Source: Fimbriosthenelais zetlandica
Taxonomy: Eukaryota
Length of the DNA: 64,000 nt
Assembly: GCA_977030845.1 (NCBI GenBank)
Contig: OZ365118.1
Location: 3,286,001 to 3,350,000 of the forward strand
Reading direction: 5' to 3'
Part shown: positions 39,670-52,915 of the stretch, in pieces
Position numbering within the stretch: position 1 is the first letter of the stretch
Layout of the letters: each line of letters starts with the position of its first letter
Made by a program: the position numbers and the translations under genes
The notes under the pieces: model-generated
What the model saw: the letters and a program-made list of their open reading frames with translations, nothing else
Told to the model about the DNA's origin: nothing
Databases searched by the model: none

Positions 39670-42600
39670 GTCAGTTTATCATTTATCATTTATCTTTATC
39701 TCTTCACATGATTGTCACTGCCATATGTGTCTGCCGCAAAATGATTTTACCATTCAGACACTACTGGTTTGATTTCAAATATAAATACAACCATCTGGAC
39801 CTGTCCTGTTCAGTTCTAACGCCCATGCAGATGTAGATAGGTCCTCAAAGCGAGTATTGATACCATTCTAATGTTTACCATTTTTAATGTGTGATACTGG
39901 ATCACATATATATCTCAATCTCTCTCCTTTCTTCCCGCTTCCCATATCTGTTCCCCTGTCTAGCTTACTATTCCCTGTCCATATATAGGTACAGGGATCA
40001 AGCAGACCAAATGAGATGTCACCTCCAAATGGCACCATACATTAGCTAGTCAGAATATGGCTCATTTTTACCCTGTCTGACTTGAACTAATCGTCCCAGC
40101 TCCCCACCCCTCCCTCCCATCCCCCTCCCATCCCCCTCCCATCCCCCTCCGCCCAGTATCAGCCACAATAACCATCTCACCATATCTCACACAACACAAA
40201 AATAAAAGTCAAACACGACGAGCGGCAAATGTGAATGGGACTCCGACAAAATGGCCAGCGTCAGGCGATGCCGGTAACTGTACACCTTTTGTCTGCTCGT
40301 ATTTTTAATCAGTTCAACATTGCCATCTGACAGGCCATGAAATAACGTATGATTCTTTGTCTGTGAACGATGGGAATAATAAGTGAATAACTGATACGGT
40401 CATAGGGGCTGTTTTACATGCTACCTGCATTCAGTTATGTGAAAGGTGTCAAGGATAGATTGTAAAACGTTAGAGATCTTTCACCTAGCATTGAGTAACA
40501 GATGTTGGTGGCAGATAACTGACGTATCTGTGTTATAGCTTCCAGTTAAAACCTGCCCTGAAATATTAGATATTTACAGATAACCAACATCAACTCTGAT
40601 ATAAATTAGCAATAAATCATATTGAGAAGAATGGTTCAGTTTGGAATTCAACTCAATTTATGATCAAAATAAGGGAGATCTACCTGAAAACCATATAAGT
40701 GTTGATCTAGTTTTCAGTGATAATTTCCCTTTTACAGCCTGACAATGACATATATGGTCCATTCAGTATAGAGCTGTAGACTTTAAATAGATGGCGGGGG
40801 GAGGAAGGAGGGCACTCGGCGAGGGTTGTGACTTTGACGACCCAGCGCCCCTCTCATTTCAAGGTTAAATTGGTGGTAGCTTCAAGCTGCGGGCTGTGTG
40901 TATACAAGAGGGTGTGAGGCCAAGACCTGCTAACTTTCACCTCACCCTACTTCACCCTCCCCCCTTTTATAACAATATTCTCTCTCTTCCATCGGAGCCC
41001 GAGGGCACATTGCATTTCCATTCAAATTCACAATTAAGATGGAAAGATTGTAAAATAAGTTGGCAAAATTTTCACCAACAAACCCTCACTTTCAGGGACT
41101 TCATATCTGGTAACATAACATTTGATATCTTAGCCTAAGAAGGGGTGGGGGTAGAGAGGAAGTGGGTGGAGAAAGGGGGTTAAGGGGGGGGAGTGTCATG
41201 TCACCACACCTGTTGTCATGGCAATAGCTTAATGACCCACGCCTACCAACCTGTCACCCCCCCCCCAGATAACACACCTACAGCCTTTATCTCTCTACAA
41301 CCCCTATCTCCATCCATGTCCACACTTACAACCTGGCTTCCATTTTAGATTGATTTCAAATCATTCCTCCTACATTTTCTCCCCATTCATCAACTTTTAT
41401 CCATCTTTATCGATGTTTTTTCTCCCCAATTCACCAAGTTTTATCCATCTTTATCGATGTTTTTGTAAGGGTGTGAAGGGAGTGGTGAAGCATTACATTG
41501 CCGGATGTTGTGTAAGATTGAGAGTAGGCATTGTAACAGTTAATATGGAAGCTGGTATGGTGGAGGCAGAGGTGAGTGAGGGCAGGTCTGGTTGTCCACA
41601 ACAAATCATGTAATCACACACAATTGTAACTGTTGAATTATAGACTCAGGCAGAGACAGCCATAAATCATTTTACCCATATTTATCCCGGAGAAAGGGAG
41701 AAAGGATTTTAGAATAGAGTGAGGGGGAGAGACTAGAGGAGTGATGAAAGGGAGGGAAATAAGTGAAAGAGAGATAGAGAAAGGGAAAAGATGGAGAGCA
41801 AGGGAGAGGATTGAGGAAATTAAATAACTTAAATAGTAGAAAGGAGAGATTTAGAAGAAGGAATGGGAGAGGAGTGTAGGTAGCAGTAGATATAGAGGCA
41901 GGTTTCATTTAGCCATCGTTCAGACAGACGGCGTTGATTAAGTACATGGTATTCATCCATCATTGTAGACACCCAGCCCTCCTGTCAACGCGGTGTATGT
42001 ATATTACAAATGAACAGTAGGCAGAGTACATGTATAATAAATAGCTGCATAATTCATCATACCTTCCAATCTAAATTGATGGAAATTTAGTCAGCAGATA
42101 TACGGAGAAATGAATCTTGTCTTCTCGTCTGCGTTCGAAAACATTTCTCGTTAAAATGGGTTAATGATACCCTTAGTTATATTTGTGGAATTTTTATACT
42201 TTTTTGTCAAAAAATATTGAATTCATAATGAACAAGATAATGGTCCACAGGATGAGATAATGGTGAGATGTAAAGCCTGACTACTGCTCCACATGACCCC
42301 CAGCAAAAAACTTAATGACGTAACATTAGCTGGTACTATTCACATTGAAACTTATCACTAAGTATATCAATGGATGCCAAATAATCTTACTTTTGTACTA
42401 AGATTCTGAGCACACAGGAGAGTGAAGATTGACTGGGGAATTATACCTGGCCATCTCTGTAAAGAGAAAGGAATTCATTAGACTAAAAATAGTTTATTTT
42501 CTTGGAGATAGTGGAGTTATATCAATATATTTATCAGTAGAATACGTTGAGTGAATTGACTATGATTAAAGCTTCAATGTTTGTAGGAAAGTCATGAGGC

Positions 42601-42842
42601 AGACGTCCCATCTCCAGTCTACCATGAGAAGTTGATAAGATGTTTGTGTGGAGGTTGATGAAGATCAGCGGGTGACAAAGACTCTTGTTGTTGGTGAGAT
42701 TTCTGCCTCATTTCCCTCCAGACGCTCTTACATTGTTTCCCTGACAACACCTCTCACCACTCAGGGTGTGAGGAAGGGGAGGGGGACGGGATACCCCCCG
42801 GGGGATTCCCTCTTAAATTCCTCCCGCTAGGTGGCCTTTATA

Positions 42843-42901
42843 TGACGTCATGATGACGTCACTTAATGCGTTCCTTTATTGACGTGAGGAGGTGCCACGT
42901 G
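42843..42901. promoter_or_regulatory. Cluster of CRE/ATF and E-box motifs
   Basis: Two perfect TGACGTCA (42843-42850, 42854-42861), TGACGT (42880-42885) and CACGTG (42896-42901). Motif match only. Confidence 0.35.
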
Positions 42902-44707
42902 TCAGGAGGTCATACAATGACATTCACCAAACGCTCATACACGCCTTCACTTTCTTAATCCCTATTTTTTAGGTTCTGCCTTTTTGTCTCATATTTCAAC
43001 TTTAATTTGAACCTGAAATGAGTGCATTTTTATGGTTAAAGTACCCGAACTTTGTGTAATTTAAAGTTTAAATTTCTTAAAAGCACCATCACTCGTTAAG
43101 ATAACATAAAGGGCCTAGATTTCTGTGAAACTCTGTGAGGAATTGCTTGAATGTGTTTTGATTTCTAGCTTTTCTGTAGGTCTATTTCCTGGGCAGATGA
43201 ATTAATTTTTCTGGCCTATGGGCGTCTGCTTAAATGCAGGTGGGGGAGGAAGTGAGAGTGGTCAGTAGTGAGGGGTAAGAGGTAGTCCTCCTACACAACA
43301 AAAGGTGTTCACCTCTTACCTGTAATCATAGCCATTAATGACCAGGTGGTGAGGAAGTGTGCTCTCTCCCATCCCTCTCACATATACCTTAAATCTACCA
43401 TCTACTCTATCTAAAACACAGCTCAGTGACTAAATGCTCGACCTGATACCTCCCTACCTGTTAGCACCATTCATACATCATATAGATGCTATCTGAGACC
43501 TGTTTCATGAACTGAGATGCGCTACATTAGCGCGTGGCTAATGCATTGCATATTGCTCCTGAAATGGGTCCATTTAGATCATTGCTTCTCGTTCATATTT
43601 GGTTAAATTAGCTGCTTGTATACAACCATCGGAAGTGTTGACTCTAGATGCGTTCAGCTCAATGGGTTTATAGTTTTATAACCGTGGATCTCTCAATTAC
43701 GACAAAGAGTTCAATATCTGTCTTAGATCTTGGAGGAAGGGCAGGTGGGAGATAGAGATCTAGGCTTGAAATAGGTGAGGGTACAAAGCGACACCGCCTC
43801 GTGAAGGAGCTGTAAATACAGAGGTGTTAATGACCGTATAAAGTATGATAAGCTTAGCTGAGAACTTAGTCTGGTCCTCACTCGTGTCCATCACTCGTTG
43901 CCATTTAGTTGTGTCATTTTAATTTTGAAAACTCGGCATATTAAGATAATTCCACCGTTTTGGCGAATCTTCTAGTTCAGGAAAGTTTCAAAGCCCATGA
44001 GGAATTACAATGCCTATTTACAATAGACAGTAAACAATACACGAGCTATTTCAAATTTCAAAGACACAAGGAAATTTCTTAATGACCTTCAGTCTGAATT
44101 GTCTCAGAAGAATAACAAACAGTATATTCTGAGAGGAAAATCAATTTCCAAATTCCAAAATGTCCCGAAACTGCCGTCTGGGAGAAAACTTAAGTGATGA
44201 CTAGTTTTGAAGACAAGAGTCTGTTGTCTGTGAGCTCTAATTCACCAAACTTACACACAATGTCAGCTTTAATTCCAGTCCTAAACAGTAGAGTCTCACA
44301 GGGGCCCGCATGGGGAGGTTTGTGAGAAATAAAACTTTCAGCCTTGTCCACAGACAGGAAGAAATTCTTCAATTTAAGAGTGGGAGGCATTTAAATGTTT
44401 AGTTTGAGGTTGTAGGATTTAAGTGGTGACAGAGGTGGGGTGTTATTATGGTAATTACGGCTCATTCTCCTGGTGTACTTTACTTTACTGTATATGTCAA
44501 CTCACACCAACTGTTCTACCTCCAGACCTATACATTTAACAATAATCATTGTTTCCCCACCCTTAATTCCAGCTTTAATTCAACCTTCAATCCTATCCTA
44601 ACCCAAATCCAAACATGTTTTCATTACATTTCGACCCAAAACCCTTTATAATTACAATTTAATGAAGGATATGGTCATTTAACCTGGTCAGGACGTGTTG
44701 ATATTGT

Positions 44708-45512
44708 GTGAGTGTAGATTGTAGGCTATATTGTGTCAGTGTAGATTGTAGGCTATATTGTGTCAGTGTAGATTGTAGGCTATATTGTGTGAGTGTAGAT
44801 TGTAGGCTATATTGTGTCAGTGTAGATTGTAGGCTATATTGTGTGAGTGTAGATTGTAGGCTATATTGTGTCAGTGTAGATTGTAGGCTATATTGTGTCA
44901 GTGTAGATTGTAGGCTATATTGTGTGAGTGTAGATTGTAGGCTATATTGTGTCAGTGTAGATTGTAGGCTATATTGTGTCAGTGTAGATTGTAGGCTATA
45001 TTGTGTCAGTGTAGATTGTAGGCTATATTGTGTCAGTGTAGATTGTAGGCTATATTGTGTCAGTGTAGATTGTAGGCTATATTGTGTCAGTGTAGATTGT
45101 AGGCTATATTGTGTCAGTGTAGATTGTAGGCTATATTGTGTCAGTGTAGATTGTAGGCTATATTGTGTCAGTGTAGATTGTAGGCTATATTGTCTCAGTG
45201 TAGATTGTAGGCTATATTGTGTCAGTGTAGATTGTAGGCTATATTGTGTCAGTGTAGATTGTAGGCTATATTGTGTCAGTGTAGATTGTAGGCTATATTG
45301 TGTCAGTGTAGATTGTAGGCTATATTGTGTCAGTGTAGATTGTAGGCTATATTGTGTCAGTGTAGATTGTAGGCTATATTGTGTCAGTGTAGATTGTAGG
45401 CTATATTGTGTCAGTGTAGATTGTAGGCTATATTGTGTCAGTGTAGATTGTAGGCTATATTGTGTCAGTGTAGATTGTAGGCTATATTGTGTCAGTGTAG
45501 ATTGTAGGCTAT
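44708..45512. repeat. 27-bp minisatellite, 30 copies (last one partial)
   Basis: Unit GTCAGTGTAGATTGTAGGCTATATTGT. GTG variant in units 1, 4, 6 and 9; CTC variant in unit 19. Confidence 0.98.
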
Positions 45513-48500
45513 TTGATCCTCAATGTTTGTCGGGATAATAGCTGCCACCATCAGTTTTTCTTTATGGACACACGTCTACATTTACGAGTCTCGTAGACAT
45601 GACGTAGCAAATAGGCAGCTTTAAAATTTAATTGATGATTTTTACTCATGTCATACGTCTGTGGTTTTATGGCCGTGTATGGGGACAGACTGGAGGAATG
45701 ATATATGTTATAGGTGCATCTATAACTAAGACTTAGTGATGCACCTAATCACTCAGTGTAAGCTGGTATGATGCTTATAGACAAGATAGTGAACTAGGAT
45801 AGAGACCAGGAATGAGGTGATTATAGACCTGTATTATACACTCTATCTGCATTATTATTTACTCCATTATTTATCACCTTTGTCCATGTTTCCACTAAAA
45901 GTCTGTTGTACAAAACTCGATCATAAATCGTCTGTCTCTCCCCAACCCCTCCCAGCCGCCTTTCAAGCTCCAGGCTATTTATGTATTTAAGTCATTTTTT
46001 TTGTGCAATCATTTGAAATTTGACTTTAAGCTTCTCCTCTAATAATAGTGGTCCGACATGATGTTTGAGTTCCTATTGAGGTAGAAACATTTCAAGTTTG
46101 TCTTGGTCTGTTTTGAGTCCGCGATTTTCTTGTCGGCATGTTGCAGGTGTCTTCAGTTGATCCCTAATTTCTGGGGACCACCCTGCTCTCCCCCTAAAAA
46201 AATGACATTCCCGATTACGTTTCCTGATTTATTTTTAACTTCTTTCAAGGATGACTTTAAGTATTGCATGACATCCGACCCCGAGATGTTCAAGGCAAAA
46301 GAAATCATTTTTATTTGATTTTTTACTTTTCAATCCTATGGTAGTGTGAATACGTTGGGGGACTTGTCATTTATTTTAATATCTCCCGGGCAATAATTCT
46401 CAGGTCCGCGCCATGTTTTAAGTTGGTTTGTATTGCAATAAGCTGAAAAACTCATTAGAGACGAGGGCTTCCTTCATTTTCCCTATGCATACTAATGGTC
46501 ATCTCGCATGATTCAGGCTCTCTAAGCCTCTCTCCTTCTCACTCTCTCTTTGCTCTTCCCCATATTGGGAGCTGCCTTTCTCCCTCTTTGCCTCCCTATA
46601 ACAGAACCCTTATAGAGGGACGCGCCGGGAGAAGATGCACTAATGCCTAGCCTACATCCTGCCTTTCCCATTTACACAAAACATTTCTCTATTTCTCACT
46701 TGGTGCGACCATCGAGTATGTACGCCAGTGACATCTGATACCCAACCCCCGGGAGATGTAGTAAATGCAACCTTTCAGAGGGAAGAGAAAAAAATAGAGA
46801 AAATAAAAAGGCCAGGCTATAGAGTGAGATAGGAGAAGGTTGTATAGAGGGGATATGAATAGTCGCCATAATTGCATGTAGGACAAGTACCCTCTCCATT
46901 GCAATGGATTTTTTTTAATTCAAAGGACCTTCTAAGTTTCTATGACTGCCATAGCCTTGGTCGGCTCATATATTCGCCATGATTTGAGTCAATCATCGTA
47001 TTTCCATGAGCACAGGCCTGTTTTTTCTACCATTTTAATGGCTGAGGTCTTGACTATAGCCCTCCTACTATAGAATAGTGATGGCTTCAATGTTTATCTT
47101 TGCCCTATCATTACCGTGGTTTCCTTTAGGGGGAATAATGATAGTACTCATGGTTTTTTTTTGCTGACTCATCATTATGATAAGCCATACTTGTATAATG
47201 GAGGTCCTATATACCCCTACCACTTCCCCGACCACTCAAGATTTTTCTATATTTGACGAAGGAAGCAAATAAATCACCCGCGACAGTCGGGGTCACAACT
47301 TTAACGCGATCAGCATTAACGACCTGTGTGCTCCTGGCACTTTCTCCCTTTTTTGTACTGTACGGCCTTTTTTGTTTTTATTCAAACAAGCGAATCTGGC
47401 AGGTAGGCCTACAGGTGCGAGGGGGTGGGAGAAAGGAGAGAGAAGGGACTGGCCAAGGTTGTCATGGGTCCTCCTGCCTCTCGCTCTTCATGCCTTCTCT
47501 CTCAGCTGTTTGTACGTCGCGTCGCTTGTTAGTTATGTCCTATCGGGTGTCGTCTAACTCGGGGGGACAGTGGTGGTGTGAGGGTCAGCTCCATTGTGCC
47601 CGCCCAGTACACTTGACATGGACTCCTCATCCCTCATACAATAGCCATATGCTCGGGTTTCCTCCTCCCATCCCTGTCTTGGAGTATCCGCGACAAATCT
47701 GCTGGCTTTATATTTGCCCGCGCCCCGCAGAATAAGCCTATAACGTGTTCCTCCTATCAATATTGGGTTACCAGGTGAGCATTCTGACATTGATACCCCC
47801 AATACTAGCCCCTATACGTCCCTCTATTGGCCATTTAACTGACCGATAGCCACTCGGAAGTGACCACTAGAGATCGATAGCTGCCTCCCCCACCCATCCC
47901 TCATTTCCATAGCAACCCATTCAGCTGTGGTCGGCCTACCTTTTGGCGTGCACCCATCAAAGTGCGGACCACCAAGGCCGAGCATTGTGATAGCGGGCCT
48001 GTATGTATAATAAGGCATTATCTCTACCTCCACCGTGATTGATATTATCTAAATATGAATTTGATTTCATTTGTATTCAATTTTCTGGTCAGTGACTCCG
48101 TTGTGGGAGTTTGACCACATCTATGGGTGAGAGGGTTGGGCTGTCTCGGGGGGTTAATTTAGGTGGTACTGCCTTCCATACAAATGCTTCATTATAGAAG
48201 AACTATTCCCAGTTTTCAGACACACATGTCATAAGTAACCAGTGAACCTCTGGGTAAATGTCTATCTCAGTGCTATATTTCCATTCTATGCACTAATCTG
48301 TTTCCTTAATCCTTGACCAGAATAATCCATCTTTGATGTTATCAGACAGGGTCAGTGGTATCTGTGAGGAATAACGGACATTAAGGGCACACAAACAGAT
48401 TACAGAAGTGGCGGCGAGTGCACAAACTGGGACTGTTTCTCCATTAGTAAAGCAATCATGAAGGAAAGTGGAATGAGAGGAGATAAAGTTGTGAACATTT

Positions 48501-48589
48501 CATGATTTCCCAGCACCTTGATCCGAGCACAACAGCTGAGCCAACAAGACATGGTGGCAGTTCACACCCCGATATGACAGATCATTCTC

Positions 48590-48670
48590 ACCCCCCCCCC
48601 CACCCATCCTCACCCCCCCCCCACCCCACCTCAACCCCCAACCCCCCCCCCCCACCCCACCTCAACCCCC
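48590..48670. repeat. C-rich low-complexity tract
   Basis: Runs of C separated by A or T. Confidence 0.85.
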
Positions 48671-49374
48671 ACACATCCCTCATCCCTGCCCTCACCATTG
48701 ACATTCCGTGTGTGTGACTAAGTGTCATATAGCCATCGCTTTATGAACTCAAGGACCCGTGCACAATACTCTCAGCTGATGTGTGTTTTGGATTATTGAA
48801 TTCCCTTCCATGATATATTTAGCAAGACATGTTTACCCCATGTAGAAGTATTATAATCAATCCACTGGTTTTCAGTGTTGAGAGGGCCTCCATTAACTGA
48901 GATCTTTTTAGTAACCGTTTCTTGTCCTCGCCGGTTATTTTTTGGGATTTAATTTCCCCTATCTTTGATCTCAAGGTTGACATGCGGGCAAAAAGATTTC
49001 AGCTCGAAACCCAAAATCAAATTGGATCTTTTCAGCGAGATTAAGTCGCGGAGTGTTCAGTGGTAATACCCCACCCCTTCTTAGTTTATATTTTGCTCCA
49101 GTCATTTTCTTTTAGACATTGGTAAGTGATATGACCCTAAATAAATTCATTCTTGACCCAAAACATGAATTTATTAGCCATGGCATGTGTAGGTGGGATG
49201 GAGGCGGGAATATGAATATATTATAAGTGGAGTGAATGGTTAATGTGTAGGTAGACGGGTGTGTACTGTAGGTGTGCAGCCACTAGAGGCAGGGAGTCCT
49301 CCTCTCAACCTGCTCTAAACTTACTATTTGTACAGTCAACTCTCAAAGTCTACATCTCCAGACAGCCCAGGATC

Positions 49375-49825
49375 TCCCCATTCCTCCCCCCTCTTCCTAC
49401 TCCGTGCCCCCATCCCCCCCCCCTCTTCCTACTCCGTGCCCCCATCCCCCCCTCTTCCTACTCCGTGCCCCCATCCCCCCCCTCTTCCTACTCCGTGCCC
49501 CCATCCTCTTCTCCCCCATCCCCTCCCCCTAATTTCCGCCCCCTTCCCCCATCATCTTCTCCCCTATCCCCTCCCCCTAATTTCCCCTTCCCCCCATCCC
49601 CATCTACCCCATCCCCTCCGCTTTTCCCCATCCCCTCCGCTTCTCCCCCTACTCCACGTACCCTTCCCCTTCTCCCACCACTTCTACCCATCCCATCCCC
49701 TTCTCCCCCCCCTCCCCCCACCTCTTCTCCCCATCCCATCCCCTCTCCCCCCCCTCCCCCCACCTCTTCTCCCCATCCCCTCCCCTTCTCCCCCACCCCT
49801 CCCACCTGTTCACCCAAATCCCACC
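49375..49825. repeat. C-rich low-complexity tract with a short tandem repeat of about 30 bp
   Basis: CCTCTTCCTACTCCGTGCCCCCATCCCCC(C)n repeated about 4 times (49390-49505), then a CCCCATCCCC-type degenerate tract. Source of the Pro/Gly-rich spurious ORFs. Confidence 0.9.
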
Positions 49826-51299
49826 CCACAGATAAAGGCGTCACAGATAAAGGGATTAACATAGCGCTATACCTCAATACGCCAGGTGTCATAAACGGCA
49901 CGCCTTTCACCTGAGCCCAGCCTCAGGTAGTTACCATTGCTCTAATATAGCAAACTCCCACCCACATCTCCTCACTTTCTGCGCCTGTTTATTTGTCTAT
50001 CTCTCCTCTGGGATCCAAGAGTACAGTTGTGAGATCGCCGAGTCAAGATCTTCAATACGATTCCTGTTTGTCTTTGAAGGAGGAGGGATTTGGTGAAGGG
50101 TCTGAACTGCCACAAGAGTTTGATCAAATGAAAGACCTTCTCTGTCCACTCACAATGTTTCTCTGTTTCCACGGAGTTTATGTGTCAGAAAAAAATCTAA
50201 TAGGGGCAATGTTTATATTAGACATGTCAATAGTGACTTTCTCCAGTCTCCTTACTCTAATATTTTTGTGATATTTTATTTTAATTTCGAACCTTTAAAA
50301 CAGGGATTTTAGGACAAATGTCGTTGGCCTTTTAGGTGGAGTAAATTAGCATGGGTTGAGGCGTGAGTGATAGATATAGAAGGTAATTAGTGAGTATTTA
50401 TGATCGTCTTTCTGGTGAGAGCAGGTAATCAATACAACATAGGGTCACCACTATATATATCACCCACATGCTCCGGCCCCCCCCCCTCCATCTAGTGCCG
50501 GAGTCCCTTATTGAGATGTTTTGGGTAAGAATCCACCCATGCGGAACATAAAAATAATGCTACAGTGTCGCCCGCCCGCCCAAAAATGACCTTGTGATAT
50601 TACATTCTTCATGACACTTCTGATTGGTTGATATATTTGCAGGAACCAGTCAGAGACGTCCAATTGAAGTCCAGTGATTCCCTGACCAATTCTTGAGCCA
50701 ATTCTAGTCAAGGTAAGGTCGTTCCATTTATTCAAGTTTTGAGGTGGAATTTGTTATACAATGTACTTATGAATTTTGAAGTTGTGTACCGTGTGAAATC
50801 TAATTGAAATCACATATATTTGGGACTCAAGTGTATCTAAGATTTTGATATCGCAATATATTGATCTTAGAGTTATCCCAGCTGAGCTCCGGCTGGGATC
50901 AGCGAGAGATTGTTTTATCATTCACAAATTGTAGGGATCTACTGTAGTTTAGGCCATTTTATATATTCAATCGAGTCATCGACTCTTTAGTGTGTCCTGT
51001 CAGATCTATTATACATTCTTAAATCCTATTAAATGTTTGAGTACACAGACACGTTCATTATTGATCATTTATATCACAACTTCTACCTCAAGACTTTATA
51101 TATGAAACATGTCCACATGATAAGTTTGACGGCCATGTTGTCGACGTCCAGCTATAGGGCTTTAGGTTCATAATTTTGACATGCGTTTCGATTCTTTATA
51201 CAGTAAATAATGTAACCTTTTTTGCCATAATATAATGGACAAATTTGGCATCTATAAAATCTTAGCAATATAGTACATGTACTTAGCATTCTAAATTTC

Positions 51300-51630
51300 C
51301 CTCTCTGCCTTTCTACCTTTCTCTAGCTCTCTCTAGCCGTCTTTCTACCTTTCTCTACCTTCGAATCGTCTACTTTATCTATCTACCATTCTAGGTTTCT
51401 CTACTATTCTCTCAACCTTTCCCCTCTAACTTTTTCTCTAGCTCTCTCTCTCTCCCTCTACCTTTCTCTACATTTCCCACTCTACCTTTCTCTCCACATT
51501 TATCTAACTTTCTCTTCTTACCTTTCTCTTTCGTCGTATCTATCTACCTACCTCGCTAGCTCTCTCTCTACTTTTCTCACTCTCTACCCCTCTCTCTCAA
51601 CCTCTCAACCTTTTACTCTCTACCTTTTAC
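51300..51630. repeat. CT-rich low-complexity tract
   Basis: Recurring CCTTTCTCTA and CTCTCTAC motifs. Confidence 0.8.
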
Positions 51631-51662
51631 AGATTTACAGTATATTTTACTTATTTTAACAG

Positions 51663-51820
51663 ATGGAAACTTCCACTTCTGGGTGGAAGCCGTGGAATTG
51701 GGCGAATGAAACGAAGAAAAGAAGCAGGGAGAAGGTCACGACGAGGACCTCACCACAAAAGCTGGCAGACCAACAGCAACAGGCCCGTCAGCGAAAGGAA
51801 AGATACCAAGCCTTGAGATC
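51663..51820 (+). other. Candidate spliced exon of an unidentified transcript (not NAXD)
   Basis: Strong acceptor CTTATTTTAACAG and donor GTAAGT. 158 nt, purine-rich against an AT/CT-rich background. One fully open frame: METSTSGWKPWNWANETKKRSREKVTTRTSPQKLADQQQQARQRKERYQALR. No family recognised. Confidence 0.45.
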
Positions 51821-52088
51821 GTAAGTAATAAACGTTTCAAACATTCGTGTGTAGGATAAAAGTAAGTCCAGCAAAGGGTGGACCTCAATATTCTTAATAA
51901 GTTTTCAGTGTTTGATGAAAAGTACTTCTCCAAGGACATATAAGGTGAAGTGTTTTTTTCTTTTTTCCTGCGATTAATATATATTTTTTTAAATGCATGT
52001 CTAAATATATTTAAGTTAGGTTTCCTTGCGCACTACAGCTATATAAATAGAATTAAACTAAAGGAACTCACAATAATTTACACCATAG

Positions 52089-52556
52089 CTTCCCTTATTG
52101 TTATTCATCATCAGTTTTTATTAGTCTCAGTTTCTGTGAATGGTAACCTCCCCTGGACAGGAATTACTTTCAAGAAAAATTGGGAATTGTTTTTCTGGGT
52201 GGGTGTCCTGATACAAATACGAGCATTTGACCGAAAAGGACACCATGTATGCGGTCGTTTTTCCCCCACGCGTGATTGATAATTCATAGAAAATATAGTG
52301 TATTATTGAACTTTAATATAGATGTCTTTCAAAAGGAATCTCCAGTACAAGGGAACCATAAACTTAATGTACAGTAACTGTTAAGAATGGGCAAGAATTT
52401 TAGTGTGCTAGCCTAAACAGATCTATATCCCAACCTTTAGGGCCGGGGCAAATCTGTGTATAACTCTATTTATTTATTTGTTCGTTCGTTCGTTCATTCA
52501 TTCATTCATGTATTTATTTATTTGCTGACTTGCTCATTTGCTTATTCATTTGCTTG
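52089..52556 (+). repeat. Interspersed element copy 1 (about 460 bp), direct repeat of 53911-54362
   Basis: The two copies share ...AATTACTTTCAAGAAAAATTG...CTGGGTGGGTGTCCTGATACAAAT...CCATGTATGCGGTCGTTTT...CCACGCGTGATTGATAATTCATAGAAAATATAGTGTATTATTGA... and end in an ATTT/GTTC/ATTC tetranucleotide tail. Confidence 0.85.
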
Positions 52557-52585
52557 TTTACTTGCCTACTTTCTTAATCTTTCAG

Positions 52586-52713
52586 AATGACTCGGCAAGA
52601 TAGGACCGTCACAGGCAGACCTCCCATAGTCATGTGATCCCGCAGGTCAAGCAGCCATTGTTTCTCGCCCCCTCTCCTCTCTGGACCTCGGGTGTAGGAG
52701 GATGTGTGCTCAG
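52586..52713 (+). other. Candidate second exon of the unidentified transcript
   Basis: Acceptor TTCTTAATCTTTCAG, donor CAG|GTAGGT, 128 nt. Joined in frame to 51663-51820 it reads ...S-MTRQDRTVTGRPPIVM-stop. Confidence 0.35.
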
Positions 52714-52915
52714 GTAGGTGTTTTTTTTAATTTTCTCATTCACAGCAGTGGAATCTGGGTGAGATATATTTCTGGTTCTTTGAAATTACATGTGTGCACC
52801 TATTGTCTTTGAATAATCAATCACGCGTGGGAACGCATACATGGCGTACTTCTCGGTCAAAATGAAAACTGACCCAAAGGACGCCATGTATGCGGTCGTT
52901 TAGAATGTTAAATGG

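Noticed and set aside
44708-45538. 276-aa ORF (VSVDCRLYC)n as a Cys-rich protein
   Set aside because: It is simply a 27-bp minisatellite with one stop-free frame. It starts at GTG, has no signal peptide, and no splice context.
49261-49914. Pro-rich and Gly-rich ORFs (extensin- or formin-like)
   Set aside because: Translation of a C-rich low-complexity tract; open in several frames and on both strands.
50000-50150. Minus-strand protein-like stretch DREGLSFDQTLVAVQTLHQIPPPSKTNRNRIEDLDSAISQLYSWIPEER
   Set aside because: Bounded by stops, with no convincing splice sites and no recognisable family.
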